A DNA stretch of 64,000 nt from Scyliorhinus canicula (Eukaryota): contig NC_052146.1 of assembly GCF_902713615.1 (NCBI RefSeq), positions 146,361,875 to 146,425,874 on the forward strand, written 5' to 3'. Position 1 is the stretch's first letter. The number at the start of each line of letters is the position of its first letter. Below, in pieces: positions 11,475-24,095 of this stretch. Under the pieces are notes generated by a model. It had not been told where the DNA came from. It ran no database searches and saw only the letters and a list, made by a program, of their open reading frames with translations. Position numbers and translations under genes: made by a program.

Positions 11475-12455
11475 GGGCTGGATTCTCCGATTTTGCGTCT
11501 AAGTGCCGATGCCGGCGTGGGAACTGACACGTTTTACGAAACTATAATCAGTGCCGAACCCTGCCCAATCCTGCGTAAATCTTAGGCAGCCGCGCTGGGT
11601 AAAATTCCCGGCTCCCATGCCAAAAATGGCCAGAGAATGGCCGGGTCCGTGGTCGCGCACGCGCATGGCGATGACCAGCAGCAGTTACGCCGTACAACTT
11701 GGCGCCGGCCGTGCCCAGACCCAACGTGCCAAATACTGCCTCCTGACACCCTCGGGTCACCCCCTGGCCAACCACCACCAGCATCCCCAGCCCTTGCTGA
11801 AGCACCCCCGGCCAGCAGCACGGTACCCGGTCGACTGTGGCGGCACTGGAAACAGTCCGCGCCCGTCACATCGGGTTCCCAACCGTTCAGATCACACGTC
11901 CCCCACACGATCGGGAACTCAGTCCATTGGGGCAGAGCATTCCGAAGGGGCAGCACGGTAGCATGGTGGTTAGCATAAATGCTTCACAGCTCCAGGGTCC
12001 CAGGTTCGATTCCCGGCTGGGTCACTGTCTGTGTGGAGTCTGCACGTCCTCCCCGTGTGTGCGTGGGTTTCCTCCGGGTGCTCCGGTTTCCTCCCACAGT
12101 CCAAAGATGTGCGGGTTAGGTGGATTGGCCATGATAAATTGCCCATAGTGTCGTAAAAAGTAAGGTGGGGGGGGGGGGGTGTTGGGTTACGGGTATAGGG
12201 TGGATACGTGAGTTTGAGTAGGGTGATCATTGCTCAGCACAACATCGAGGGCCGAAGGGCCTGTTCTGTGCTGTACTGTTCTATGTTCTATGCATCAACC
12301 CCGTTCCAACAGTGTACGGCACACAGCGCGATTACACCATTTCGGAGGGGGTGGAGATGATAAAAACCGGCACCGCCCCCGATTGGGGCATCGGAAGAGA
12401 TTCTCTGCGCGATCACCAATTATGATATTGGCACGGGAAATGGAGAATCCCGCAC
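11475..12455. mobile_element. Harbinger-type non-autonomous element (MITE) with nested SINE
   Basis: TIRs gggctggattctcc / ggagaatcccgcac. Confidence 0.8.
11948..12290 (+). mobile_element. Full-length HE1/V-SINE
   Basis: A box tggtggttagc, B box ggttcgattcc, V domain, CR1-like tail ending in repeated tgttcta; nearly identical to 29363-29703. Confidence 0.92.
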
Positions 12456-12619
12456 AACGTCTATAGTCAAAACCTATCCTTACAGCCACTATTGTGTCTG
12501 CCCCAAGCTGGTCTAGGAGCTTGAGAATGAAACAAAATGCTCAGTGGTATGTGGCTTTGACCAATAATTTATGCAGGTGATCAGCATGTATGTTCATTAG
12601 TTTTGAAGGCCAGCTGTTT

Positions 12620-12895
12620 AGAGTACATATGAGAAAGTGAGGATGGCTTTAGATAGGGTGAAACCGTTGCCATCAGCAGAAGGTTTGAAAACCAGAGGAC
12701 ACAGATTTAAGGTAATTGGTAAAATAAGTAAAAGCGTTATGAGAAAAAACACTGTCACACAGCAACTGGTTCGAGTCTGGAATTCACTGCCTGAGAGTGT
12801 AGTGGAGGCAAGTTCAATTGAGGGATTCAAGAGGTCATTAGATGGCTATTTGAAAAGAAACAATGTGCAGCGTTATGGGGAAAAGCTAGGTGAAT
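12620..12895 (+). mobile_element. CR1 LINE 3' fragment
   Basis: KTRGHRFKV...VRVWNSLPESVVEASSIEGFKRSLD. Confidence 0.85.
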
Positions 12896-14049
12896 TTCTC
12901 TATCAGCACCTTCACTGGGTTTGTTGGGAGTGCAGAATGCATATGTAGAATACATATACAAGAACAGGCAAATGAAAACTGTACATCTCACTGGCTACAA
13001 AGGTGGAAGAAGACTGCAAGCAGCAACGTGGTCTCAGTCATCATGGTTTGACACTTTAACAAACTCTGCTTAAAATCAAGGGAACAATGATGGCGCACCA
13101 AAGTCTCTATATTGAATAAAGTCACATGAAGTCACATGAAGGGTTCTAAGAGGATCCATTTTCCAGATTCGGTGGTGACGGAGAACTGGCAACACGGGGC
13201 AGAGTTGTGAAACTGGGAGGCAACAGATGCAAGAAGGTCACTGGACACCGGTGTCGGGACAGCGATGTTTTTGCACAGCAGCATCTGTGACTAAGCAGTT
13301 CTCTCCAGGATATGACAAATGGGGAGAGAGCTAGGAAAGGTGCCCAAAAAAGGGGCAGCCCTGCTTTCTCCTGGCTGTGGAACCGCACACTGCGGATTCA
13401 TGGTCGAAGAAAGAAAACTTTGAATTTTGTAACTTGGACTGTTGGAATGCACATGCACAATCTCAAGAGTGACCGCTCCGAAAGAAGGACGGCAATCTTA
13501 TCATGTGACCCAATAGAACTCCAAACTGACGTTGATGCCTTCTCCCGTCTCTGGAGGAACAGCTGAAGGAACAAACAAAGCAACACACCTTCCACTGGAA
13601 ATAAAGGCTGACTGTGCCCTTGTGCTCATGGAGTTAGTTTTGCCATCTGGGGTAGGATTTTGAATACACTGCCGGTAGTCCCGAATTGTAGAATTTAAAA
13701 ACTCATGAGCTACCATCTATAACACCTGCATAACCAAAACGCTACCATCATCAGTGCTTATGCCCCAACCCTTGTCTCCCATGAAGATGATAAGGAAAGG
13801 CTGTATTTTGGGCTTAATAAACTCCTTGCTGACATCCCAAAAGAAGAAAGAATCATCCATTTTGGTAATTCCAGGATTGGCCATGACTTCGACGTCAGGA
13901 GCATTTGGGGGAAAAAATGGGATGGGAAACGTCAATGCAAATGATGTGCTCCTGCTGATAAAGCGTGCTTAGCATGGAATCATTATAAAAAATACCAGAA
14001 GGATCAATACAAAACCATTTGAAGGTATCCTAGATCAAAGCATTGGTCC

Positions 14050-15085
14050 CTTATTATGATCCCCATTGAGACTCGTAACATTTAAGGAGACATTCAAAAT
14101 CCCCCGTAATTTACTGAAAGAATGAAGCCACAAGATTCCATGGTTTAAATGGATAATTTTACTATACAAGCATCAACAAAACAAACACTACTAACTAATT
14201 ACTATCTTCCACTTAAGAATCAAAAATAAACACAATGTCATGTACTTTAAACTTGAATCTTCAACAGAACCTTTCCCTTTTTAATTTAACAGCGTTCTAA
14301 AATGCCTTTGGCTAATTATCCTACTCTTGACTATTAATTAACTTTATGGGACAAAACCAAAGTGCCACAATTCTCAGGAATTCATTTAGACTCTCTTCCC
14401 TGTTCCTGCTTTCCTCCGAAGTATGATATTTTTTGGGGCCTGTCCACTAACCTCCAGCTAATTTATCCTCCACTATTCCTTAGCGACCTCTCGATTGTGA
14501 ACAGCCTTGCTCAAGACTTCACTGCACTTGCTCCATCCCAGAAATAGCCTCAATTTCTGATAGACCTTTTGCTTCTGGTTGACAGTTGTTCACAGCTCTC
14601 AGCAGACTCTCTCTTGTTTTGCCTGCAGAACTCAGGGTTTACACTAACTAGGTTGCCTTCAGCGCCAATCCCAAAGACTTTCTGGAAAAGTCTCACAGAA
14701 ATTTCCCTGAATTCCAGCCATGACTGCATCCTGAATCATTCATCTCTGTGGCAGCAGAGGTTAGTTGGAATGCCTGATAGATATTTACATTAATTGCCGT
14801 GTTAGCTTCAAAATGAAATCCCTTGTCCTTGGAGTCCGCAGGAATGTGTTTACATTTCTTTTGTCAGGGAAATTCTCTTCAAACTTACTGTCTGTGGTTG
14901 CCCAGCTAAATGAAGGCACCTGCCAATTTATGGCTTTCACCTTCCTTACTTTGACTTCATAAGTGCAGATGGAACCCTACGAACTCCGATTACTTGAGGT
15001 GGTCTAGGATTTTCTAAAATCTTCTCATTTCTAAAGAATTGCCGGAGCATTACAAGTTTAAATATTCCCTCAAAAATATTAATAT
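14050..15085. mobile_element. Unclassified ~1-kb insertion in the RTE (possible solo LTR)
   Basis: Interrupts the RTE endonuclease region; no RTE similarity; termini and TSD not resolved. Confidence 0.3.
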
Positions 15086-15649
15086 GAGCTACGAACTAGA
15101 TGGTTTTGACAGCCACTTGGATCATATCATTGTATGGGATAAAGATCTGAGGTGATGTCTGTATCACTTGTTCCAGATGCCAGATTGTTGCCTACTGGAC
15201 AGATCATGATTGAACATTCACCTTGCATCAAGACGTTACAAGTCCCAAAGGTCCAAGAGGAAGCAGGTCAATGTTTCAGCCCCAAAGAAGCCCAAACGAA
15301 GAAAGAAATTCCAGTGGAGATCACGACTAATTTGAAAAATCTCCGCACAACCAACTCAATTCCGGAACAGTGGGATCCGATAAAGATAGCTGCTCACGAA
15401 ACCTGTGCCCAAACCATTTGGTTTGAGCAACATCGCCAGGACTGGTTCAACGAAAATGAGGTTGAAATATGCAATCTACTGGGACAAAAACGAGTAGCCT
15501 TCATTGCCTGGCAGAACAATCCAAGGTTGCAAGACAAAATGGCAGCATTTCAAAGATCAAGGCTGACTTCCAAAGACAAATCTGGAAGATAAAGGTCAGG
15601 GGATGGGAAGGGAAAGCCAAAGAGATGCAACAATATGCTGACCACATTG

Positions 15650-15993
15650 GGGAGGCACGGTGGCACAGTGGTTAGCACTGCTGCCTCACAGCTCCAGGGA
15701 CCAGGTTCAATTCCAGCCTCGAGTGACTGTCTGTGTGGTGTTTGCACTTTCTCCTTGTGTCTGCATGGGTTTCCTCCCGGTGCTCCCGTTTCCTCCCACA
15801 GCCCAAAGATGTGCAGGTTAGGTGGATTTGCCATGCTATATTGCCCTTAGTGTCCAAAAGGTTAGGTCGGGTAACTGGGTTTACTGGGATAGGGTGGAGG
15901 CATAGGCCTAAGTCGGGTGCTTTTTCCAAGGGCCGGTGCAGACTCGATGGGCCGAATGTCCTCCTTCTGCACTGTAGATTTTATGATTCCATC
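15650..15993 (+). mobile_element. HE1/V-SINE
   Basis: tRNA head ggcacggtggcacagtggttagcactgctgcctcacagc, V domain, tail. Confidence 0.9.
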
Positions 15994-16939
15994 ATGACAA
16001 ACATAAGATTTTTTGAAACTACCAGGGCCATCTACATGATCAAATTGACAAAACTCCTCTCACGGATGGTGGTCCCTCACTTCTTAAGATTAACACTGCC
16101 ATCTGGCATTTTTAACAACTCATCAACAATGAAACCATAGTGGCAGATGATACTCTCCAGGCCATTCCCAGTACCTTGTGGTAAAAGCTGTGGGTGAATC
16201 ACTATTGGTGGGAGAGCTGGAAAAAGGATGCAGATGGATGAAAACCAACAAAGCCAGAGACCCTGATGGTATGCCAGCTGAGGCATTCGAAGCCGATAGA
16301 TGTTTGCTCACATCAGGATTCCATGCATTAATCCAATGGGATCAAGAACACCCAACACCAGGAATATGACAGTAATATCTTCAAGAAGGGAGAAAAATCA
16401 TGCTGGGGAAATTGTTGAGGTATTTCCCTCTTGCCCAAAGCAAGGAAAATGTTGACATGCATTCTTCTGAATCACCTACTTCCTGTGGCTGAGGATGTCC
16501 TTGCAGAAGGATATAGTGTGGCTTTAGATCTTCCAGACGAACATCTGACATGATTTTTATTTCCAGACTATCCAAGGAAAATGTTGAGAAGAACTTATCA
16601 TTTAATTCATCAACCTGACCAGACTATTTGAATCAGTAGATCACAAGGCTCTGAGAATTGTGCTGCAAATATTTAGATGTCCAAGAGACTTGAGTCACAA
16701 TCCTGCAACTGGTCTTTATAATATGACTGCAACTTCTTGAGTGTGAGACCTGGAACAGGCATCTTCAAAATCTGGACTGGAGTCTGGCAAGGCTGTGTCA
16801 TAGTTCCCATACATGTTATAATGCACTAGACAATGGCTATTCATCTCAAAGGTCAACTGGCCTCTGGTATACGTCTTAAATACTGTCTGAATGGAAAACT
16901 CTTTAACCTAGTCGCCTCTGTGCTAAAACTAAACTGTAC

Positions 16940-18720
16940 CCCAGTGGGCTGTTGCCTCAGTGCAGTCCATGTGGTCTGCTGGTAGGGGGGCAGCCATGGT
17001 TGCTGTGGGTGTTGGTATAGAGGGCAGCTGCAAATGCTGCTGCTGTTACCATGGGCGGAATTCTCCGACCCCCCGCAGGGTGGGGGAATCGCCTGGGGCC
17101 TTCGTAAATCCCACCCCCGCCATGGCCGGAATTCTCCTCCACCCGGGAATCGGCGAGGGCAGGAATCACACCCTGCCGGTCGGCGGGCCTCCTGCGCTGG
17201 TCGGCGGACCCTCCGCGCGATTCTCCGGCCCGCGATGGGTCAAAGTCCTGCCGCTGTCAGGCCTCTCCCACCGACGTGGTTTAAACCACCTCTGTGCCGG
17301 CGGGGGCAGGCGGCGCAAGTGGGCCCAGGGTCCTGGGGGGAGCGCGGGCCGATCGGACCCCGGGGAGTGCCCCCACGGTGGCCTGGCCCGTGATTGGGGC
17401 CCACCAATCAGCGGGCGGGCCAGTGCCGTGGGCGCACTCTTTTTCTTCCGCTGCCGCCACGGCTTCCACCATGGCAGAGGCGGAAGAGACTCCCGCCACC
17501 GCTCATGCGCCGGTGGTGACGTCAACGGCCGCTGACAATTCGGCGCATGCACGGACTCACGCCGACCGGCGAAGGCCTTTTGGCCAGCCCCGATGCCGAT
17601 CGGCGTGGCGCCAAAGGTCGTTGGCGCCAGCCGGCGGAGCGGGAGCCACTCCGGCAAGGGTCTAGCCCCTAAAGGTGCAGAGAAATCCGCACCTTTGGGG
17701 AGGCCCGAAGCCGGAGTGGTTGGCACCACTCCGCTACGCCAGGACCCCCGCCCCGCCGGGTAGGGGAGAATTTCGCCCCATGCCTCTGTTGTCCTTGTCC
17801 TTCAGCTGCTAGAGCTTGTGGGTCTGAAGAGTGCTGACAAAGTATCTTTGAGCACATGAATGCCAATTGGTCAGGGTGGAGACGGACAGCATATGAATGG
17901 CACCTACAGCAGAAGAGCTCACAAACCATCTTTAATCATCATGCAGGAGAAGACAAGGCGAGGGAGAAGACGGGATGGGAGTTTGCCTGATATGCATCCT
18001 CTCACACAGCATGTGGTGCAGGCTGCCAAGCTGGCATGGGAATATCGTGAGCATGTATGTGCAAATGGTGAGGTCGGCCTTCCCCAAGCATCTACTGAGG
18101 AAGCTTAACCTCTGCCCATTGGATCCTGCAGGTGAGGCTTTGTGCCATGTAAGAGGAAGCCCATGCAGTTACTCATTCTCTCCTCAGGATGAGGGCGAGG
18201 CCAGTCTCCAAACTTGAGCTCAGACCCGGCCCTGACACGTGACAAAATGAGCTTGATGACAACAATGAATTCTCACCTGCAGAGCTGTCACAGCATTCAC
18301 CTTCACACTCCACCAGTCCAGAGACACTCACCTTGGTGGATCATGGATCTAGTTTTGTCAGGGCCTCACACTTTGGTGATCACTTCACGGGCATGCGTCC
18401 ACAACAGGAGAGGTAGGGACAGCCAAGGTCCACAACACTGAGAGGACTGCTGGGGAAGAGGCCTCTGTTAAGGCTGAGTCTGATGGAAAGCCTCTGGGAT
18501 CGTCACCAAGATGCGGGAAATGTAGCCAGAGGCGGGGTAATATCAGGAAGGTGTTTTGCAGACTCTCAACAAAGGTGAGGCACAGATGTCTGTCCATCTG
18601 ATCTCTGATGTAGCAACACTAACATGCGCATGCATGGGCATGTCCTCGGGGAGGATGGCAGACGCCATGGCAAACCCGATTCAGCAGAACGTCCAGGTTT
18701 TGTTGGAGATGCGCTTGAAT
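16940..18720 (+). pseudogene. Decayed Harbinger Myb-like partner gene remnant
   Basis: atcatgcag|gagaagacaagg matches the exon-2 start of the other Myb genes; downstream similarity to their exon 3. Confidence 0.5.
17053..17778. mobile_element. Harbinger MITE, family 1 (~720 bp)
   Basis: TIRs gggcggaattctcc / ggagaatttcgccc, TSD CAT. Confidence 0.92.
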
Positions 18721-19092
18721 AGAAAAGTCAGAATCTGAGTAAAACTCCCTCTGTTCAGATCCAAAAATATGCTTTGTCTCTGTCCATAGAGGAAAACCTC
18801 CATTGTATCATGTGAACTCATTTTTGTTACCCACTCAGTCGGTAGCAAAGGCTTCTTTGAATGAGAAGATTGTCAGTTGATACCCATATTATCAGTGTCT
18901 TGTTGACATTTTAGTGCAGCACTGAAGGTGCCTATCTTTCGATGAGATATTCAGCTAAGGTGGGTACCTGAGTGGCTGCCCCAAACCAAATGGATCTCTC
19001 TGCAGCCTCATCAAAAATGATCTGTGGGGAGACAAATCCATGTGACCCTCAAACCAATTCTGCTGAACTTACCTGGATAGTTCCCCAAGAAA

Positions 19093-19523
19093 TGTTAGAC
19101 ATAGAAAAACCTAGTCTAACTCCTGAGTAACCTCAGAACTGGCCACCCACGCATTGTAACCCACCGCCTCCCCCATTTGACACCCAATTATCGCACACGC
19201 CCCCCCCCGACTCTGCCTCCTTACCCACTGACTGTGGTAAGATGCATATGCATAGCAATATATATAGTTGGATGTACGACCTCCGATGAGTAAGTGAGGA
19301 CAGTGATCCACCATGTGACTCTAGAGATCCGAACAATTGGTAGTAATTGTACTGGAGGACAGCTGTATTAGAATTAGCTCCAGGAGAATTCACTTATTCG
19401 TTACCCTTTGTATTATATTTTGTTTGTTATCTTTCCACGTGTTCGTTTTGTCAATTAACTATCTTACTCGTCGAAGAACTAGATGTTCTGTGTGAATCTT
19501 TACCACGGCCACAACACAGAACA
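19093..19523. mobile_element. Possible solo LTR
   Basis: TG...CA termini, TATA-like tatatatag; TSD imperfect. Confidence 0.3.
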
Positions 19524-20564
19524 TGCAGCGACTATCCACAATCCGACAGACCTGACCACCACACCCACTTGTCAGTTCATCCACCCGACCCAACGACTTC
19601 ACCAACCCTACCCATCCACTAACTCACCCATTCACTGACATTTGATTGGACATTTAAAGCACATGGCAACTGGTGTTGTAAAAAGCGGGCGTATGGCTGT
19701 CTCGCCTTCTCTCTCTCCTTCCCTCCCCCACAACACCCCCCACCCCCCCCCCCCCCCCCCCCCCCCACCTCCTCAACTCTTACACAGCACTGGGTTGGGG
19801 CTCTCGGAAGGATGCTGCGCTGAATTCTGCATTTCTGGTAAAGCCTGCCTCGAAAAACCTGGTGAGAAGTGAAGAGCAATGTTTGCATGGAGCAGCAAGT
19901 CGATGATGATTGCCTCTCCTCCAATATCCAGGCCATGTAATCACCAGAGGGTACCTTGCCGCGGAAAGTTAATTCCATTATGCTCAGAAAATTATGTGAA
20001 GAGGACTTTATTTGGAAGGACGCTGAAATATTCATCCTGATGGGGGAGGGGAGGGGAAAGAGCTCTTTAAAGTTGGGAGGAGTTTGGGACTTTTAAACAC
20101 AAGACTACATTTCTGCAGAGAATGCAATACAGCTTCTAAACGTGGTGTGGGTTGTTTTGTTTGCGTTAAAAAGTTAATAATGACTATCTTTTCAGTGGTT
20201 TTGTGCATTAGTTATCTATGGAGTAATGTTTAGTTAAAATTGATTTTAGTTTGTTTGTTACAGTAAACATCTTAATACGTGAAATCTCATTACCCAACCC
20301 CCCCCCCCCCCCCCCCCCCCATACCCCCACACGCCACTACATTCCTACCGGAGATCAGATTTTATTCAATTTTGGGGTTTGACAGCCTAAATATTGAGTG
20401 GCCATTTAAGGGCCTTAATTGGGCCAAGGGCAGCCCTCAGTCCAAGGCCCTGCCTGCCCTGCCGTGGGGCAGGTGAAATCCTGCAGGGAATTCCGTCCAT
20501 GCATTTTTATGTTCCCCCTCCCCACCCCCACATCAAAACCTGTTGTGGGGAGGCATACAATTCT

Positions 20565-20822
20565 GGGCCGGGATTCTCCCCTACCAGGCGGGGCGGGGGG
20601 TCCCGGAGTGTTGGAGTGGCGTGAACCACTCCGGCATCGGGCCGCCCCAAAGGTGCAGAAGTGTCCGTACCTTTAGGGGCCAAGCCCTCACAATGAGGGG
20701 CTAGGCCCGCACCGGAGTGGTTGGCGCTCCGCCGGCCGGCGTGAATGGCTTTTGGCGCCACGCCAGCCGGGGCCGAAAGGACTTCGCCGGCTGGCGTAAG
20801 TCTGCGCATGCGCCGGAGCGTC
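20565..20822. mobile_element. Truncated family-1 Harbinger MITE (one end)
   Basis: gggccgggattctcccctacc...; matches the start of 51536-52247. Confidence 0.8.
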
Positions 20823-21799
20823 ATTAGAATATCAAAGTGCATCACCAGGCGATTAGACTGCACCTTACATTAACCTCATCACCCCGTTCGCTAGCAATAG
20901 CAGGTTGGAGATTTTATATTTATTTAGTTAAATAAGGTTGGTAAAATAGATATTTAATTCAACGTGACCTCTTTCTGCTGTACTGGAAAGATACCATCAA
21001 CTGAAAGGTCAACAGATTGGGCAACCCGGAAGAGGTTTCAAGATGATAAACATTATTAAACCAGTGTTAAATTAAATCACTTCAGTTGGCAGATATCTTG
21101 AAATGAAATATGATACTGGATACCAGCAAGAAATTCGTAATTTGACTTGTATGGAATTCCATTTTCGCTTTGAAAGGTCAACTTTTTTTGCAAGTAAACA
21201 TCTTGAATGCAGCTCGATTCTGATCCAAAAAGTGCAAAGGGATGTCATCAATTTTAAAAGGATGTCAAATCGCATCAGATTTCATGACCTCAAAAATAGG
21301 CAATTAAAAAATTAAGCTGCACAGCAGAATACCATCTCAAGCAGTAAAAACAAGCTCTGGCACCAAACTATAGTAGCACTAGTGAAAATCATGGGTGTAT
21401 TCACAAAACAACTCCGTGGTGGTGGTTTGGCTTTGCTTCACAGTGACGTCTTTCAATTTTGTTTTATTAAAAACTTTTTCCTGCTTCACACTTTACGGAC
21501 CATAAATTAAGTTTCTGGGAGTTCTCAGTTTGTTGGGGTAAGCAGTGAGACATTAGAAAAATCCTGCACTGAGGCAGAACATAGATATTCCAGTTATAGG
21601 ATAGGGTTACAGCACCATTTAAAATAGACAGGGAATAGAGACACATTAGAAATATTACATATAGATTCCGTGCTCTCGACAATACAATTAGAAGCACTGA
21701 ATAACAGTAACATTTGACAGACATTGTGGAAGTTAATGTCAGGCTGACAATGTACTTAGTTACTCCACCCACTTGCTAATACACGCCGACACAACATAC

Positions 21800-21993
21800 T
21801 GACAGGAATTCTCCAGCTGTTGGGATTCCTTTCAAACATCGGCAGCCCACCTCCGTCCATGGCTTTCCCAGCAGCGTGGAGTGGCTTCAATGGCAAATCC
21901 CATTGACAAGCCTTGGGAGTATAGAATCCCTGCCGCCAGTGAACAGCGTGCCACCGAGAAACACGTGGCTGGTGGAGCCGGAGAATCCAACCC
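21800..21993. mobile_element. Short (~190 bp) Harbinger MITE
   Basis: Ends gacaggaattctcc / ggagaatccaaccc. Confidence 0.65.
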
Positions 21994-22019
21994 ATTATTG
22001 GCAGCAGCTGACCCACAAT

Positions 22020-22400
22020 TCAAGGACGATGCCTGCTCAATATAACACGTTTCTGCCACGGTTCTTCTCCTGACTGAACGGGCCGATTCTCGACCCACAC
22101 ATTTTTGAACACACCAGTCAGGATGTCCCATGCAATCATGCAAGCTAAAGTGCAGGGTTTTCTCCCTTTTCCTTCTTTCTCTGCTGTTACTCAGCCTCAT
22201 CGTTAAAGCATTTTAACACAATACATGATGGACAAGCCATCGCTATTTTGAATGATTGACACCAAGTTCCTCTGAGTCAATAATGCCAACACTTCCAGGA
22301 GAATTTCAGACTGTGCTTGAAGTGTTTTCTTTATTCTCCCCTGGGACACTGATCATTTGAGGGCCGAAAGGAAAGATCTGGTGGCTGAGACGCAGTGTCC
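22020..22400 (-). mobile_element. RTE LINE 3' end remnant
   Basis: CSKMCGSRIGPFSQEKN, the degenerate C-terminal C..CxSRIGLxSH zinc-finger motif of RTE elements. Confidence 0.6.
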
Positions 22401-22944
22401 AGTCTATCACTCTTGGCCATCAACCATATCATATATTATTGGTGTTAAATCTGAAAAATACTGCAGTCATTATAAACAGAATGTCTTGATTCATAGAGAA
22501 TATTGTTGCAAAAATAATTTTTTATAAACTGATGAAATCAGTGTTTTTCTCCTCCAAACCTTAGCCATAACCCTGTAACTACATAATTCATTCTAAATTT
22601 TTCTTGTCATCCAAACCAAGAGAGATATCTCAGTGATTAGGGAAATGGCAGCTCTGTCGCACAATGTTCAAGTGATCAAATACACAGTGCCAGATATCAT
22701 CATTTGTACAATGTCCATTACATAAAATAAAAAGTAAACACTTGAATTTACAAAGCACCTTATCGTGTACCAAATATCTCACACCTAAATGAAATGCTTT
22801 GAAGTGGAATGACCATTATTAAGTTCAGTAAATGCAGTCAGGTTGTTCCACAAGCAGTAAATAGCCAATTTATCTTATTTGGTTATATTAATTAAATAAG
22901 GATTATTGTTCAGGAAACAGGTAGATTTCTGTGCATTTTGAATT

Positions 22945-23252
22945 ATAGAATCCCTACAAGTGCCGAAGGAGGCCATTCAGCCCATCAAGTCTGCACTGAC
23001 CCTCTGAAAGGGCACCCACCTAGGCCTCATCCCCCACTGTATCCCCATAAACCTACCTAATCTTTGGACACTGAGGGGCAATTTTTGCATGGCCAATCCA
23101 CCTAACCTGCTCATCTTTGAACGATGGGAGGAAACCGAGCACCCGGAGGAAACCCATGCAGACACGGGAAGAATGTGCGAACTCCGCACAGTCAACTGAG
23201 GCTGAAATTGAGCTCAGGTCCCTGGTGCTATGAGGCAGCAGTGTTAACCACT
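22945..23252 (-). mobile_element. HE1/V-SINE
   Basis: Head, V domain and tail on the minus strand. Confidence 0.88.
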
Positions 23253-23381
23253 CTTCTATGGAATTGGTAACATCCAGCTGAAATTAGAGGGACAGGTAGA
23301 CATAAACTCCAGTTAATATGTCAACTGAAGGCAGCTTCTTCGATGATGCAGTACTTCTTAAGCACAGCAGTGAACTGTCAG

Positions 23382-23466
23382 CCTGATGAAGGAGCTGCGC
23401 TCCGAAAGCTAGTGACTTCAAACAAACCTGTTGGACTTTAAACCTGGTGTTGTAAGAGTTTTTACT
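23382..23466 (+). mobile_element. Penelope-like pLTR fragment with hammerhead core
   Basis: CTGATGA A GGAGC-tgc-GCTCC GAA AGCT A GTG followed by aaacctgttggact...; flanked by tcagcct repeats. Confidence 0.7.
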
Positions 23467-23689
23467 CTATCAGCCTAGGTTCATGCACTCAAATATTCGA
23501 GTGCAACTTTGCATTCGGGTGGCAGACTGAGGCAATTTTTGAAAACATTGACTCAAATAAGGAACATTGACAGAGGGACAGACATTGACGGACAGAGGAC
23601 ACATTGTCATATTTCATCCCTGCATAGTTCCAGTCACCTAAACATGAGAAATTGGTGAGAAGAATGAGCAATGACGATGATTACATGTT

Positions 23690-24095
23690 CAATAAAGTTG
23701 ACTTATGAGGAAAAATTATGGAAATTGGTCATATTCTATTTAGAAAACACAACTTTAAGGCGGTTTAATTTAAATATTCAAGTTTAGAAATGGAATGATA
23801 AAGCGTAGCAAGAAATTTTTATACCTGCACCGGAGGGATTAACTATGAAGGACAAATGTTGAATATCCGAGAAATTAAAAGTGGTGGATTTTTTTTTACA
23901 CCACGGGTAATGGAATTGTGGAATTAATCATTAAGGAAGGCACTGCAACAGATTGGTTAAAATGTCTTCAAGAGGTAATAAAATGTAGTTTTGGAGAGAG
24001 AGTGAATTGAAGAAATGGTAAGGCACAGAAATTGGGTCACAATTAATCAATTAGGACAGGGATATATGGGCCAAGTGGACCCTTCCTGATCTTAA
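23690..24095 (+). mobile_element. Old CR1 3' remnant
   Basis: LTYEEKLWKLVIFYLE..., FFTPRVMELWN, tail gggccaagtggacc. Confidence 0.55.

Larger units (their letters stand above)
13180..16935 (+). mobile_element. Decayed RTE-clade LINE with nested insertions
   Basis: Endonuclease start LNFVTW...DRSERRTAIL, ATIISAYAPTL, HRQDWFNENE, KARDPDGMPAE, GVWQGCVIVP. Confidence 0.8.
22738..23535 (-). mobile_element. Old DeuSINE (SacSINE1-like) remnant split by two younger insertions
   Basis: Minus-strand ggctgacagttcactgctgtgcttaagaagtactgcatcatcgaagaagctgcc resembles the Deu domain; L2-like tail near 22740-22810. Confidence 0.45.

Noticed and set aside
11948-12020. tRNA genes at SINE heads (also 29363, 33320, 48077)
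   Set aside because: Each continues into a SINE body and LINE-type tail; no complete cloverleaf with terminator.
16957-17929. Overlapping GC-rich ORFs in MITEs (also 31764-32252, 51512-52302, 59195-59781, 60831-61545)
   Set aside because: High GC suppresses stops; frames are not conserved between homologous MITE copies.
21072-21315. Short ORFs on both strands as exons
   Set aside because: No convincing splice-site pair with an open frame and no recognisable domain.
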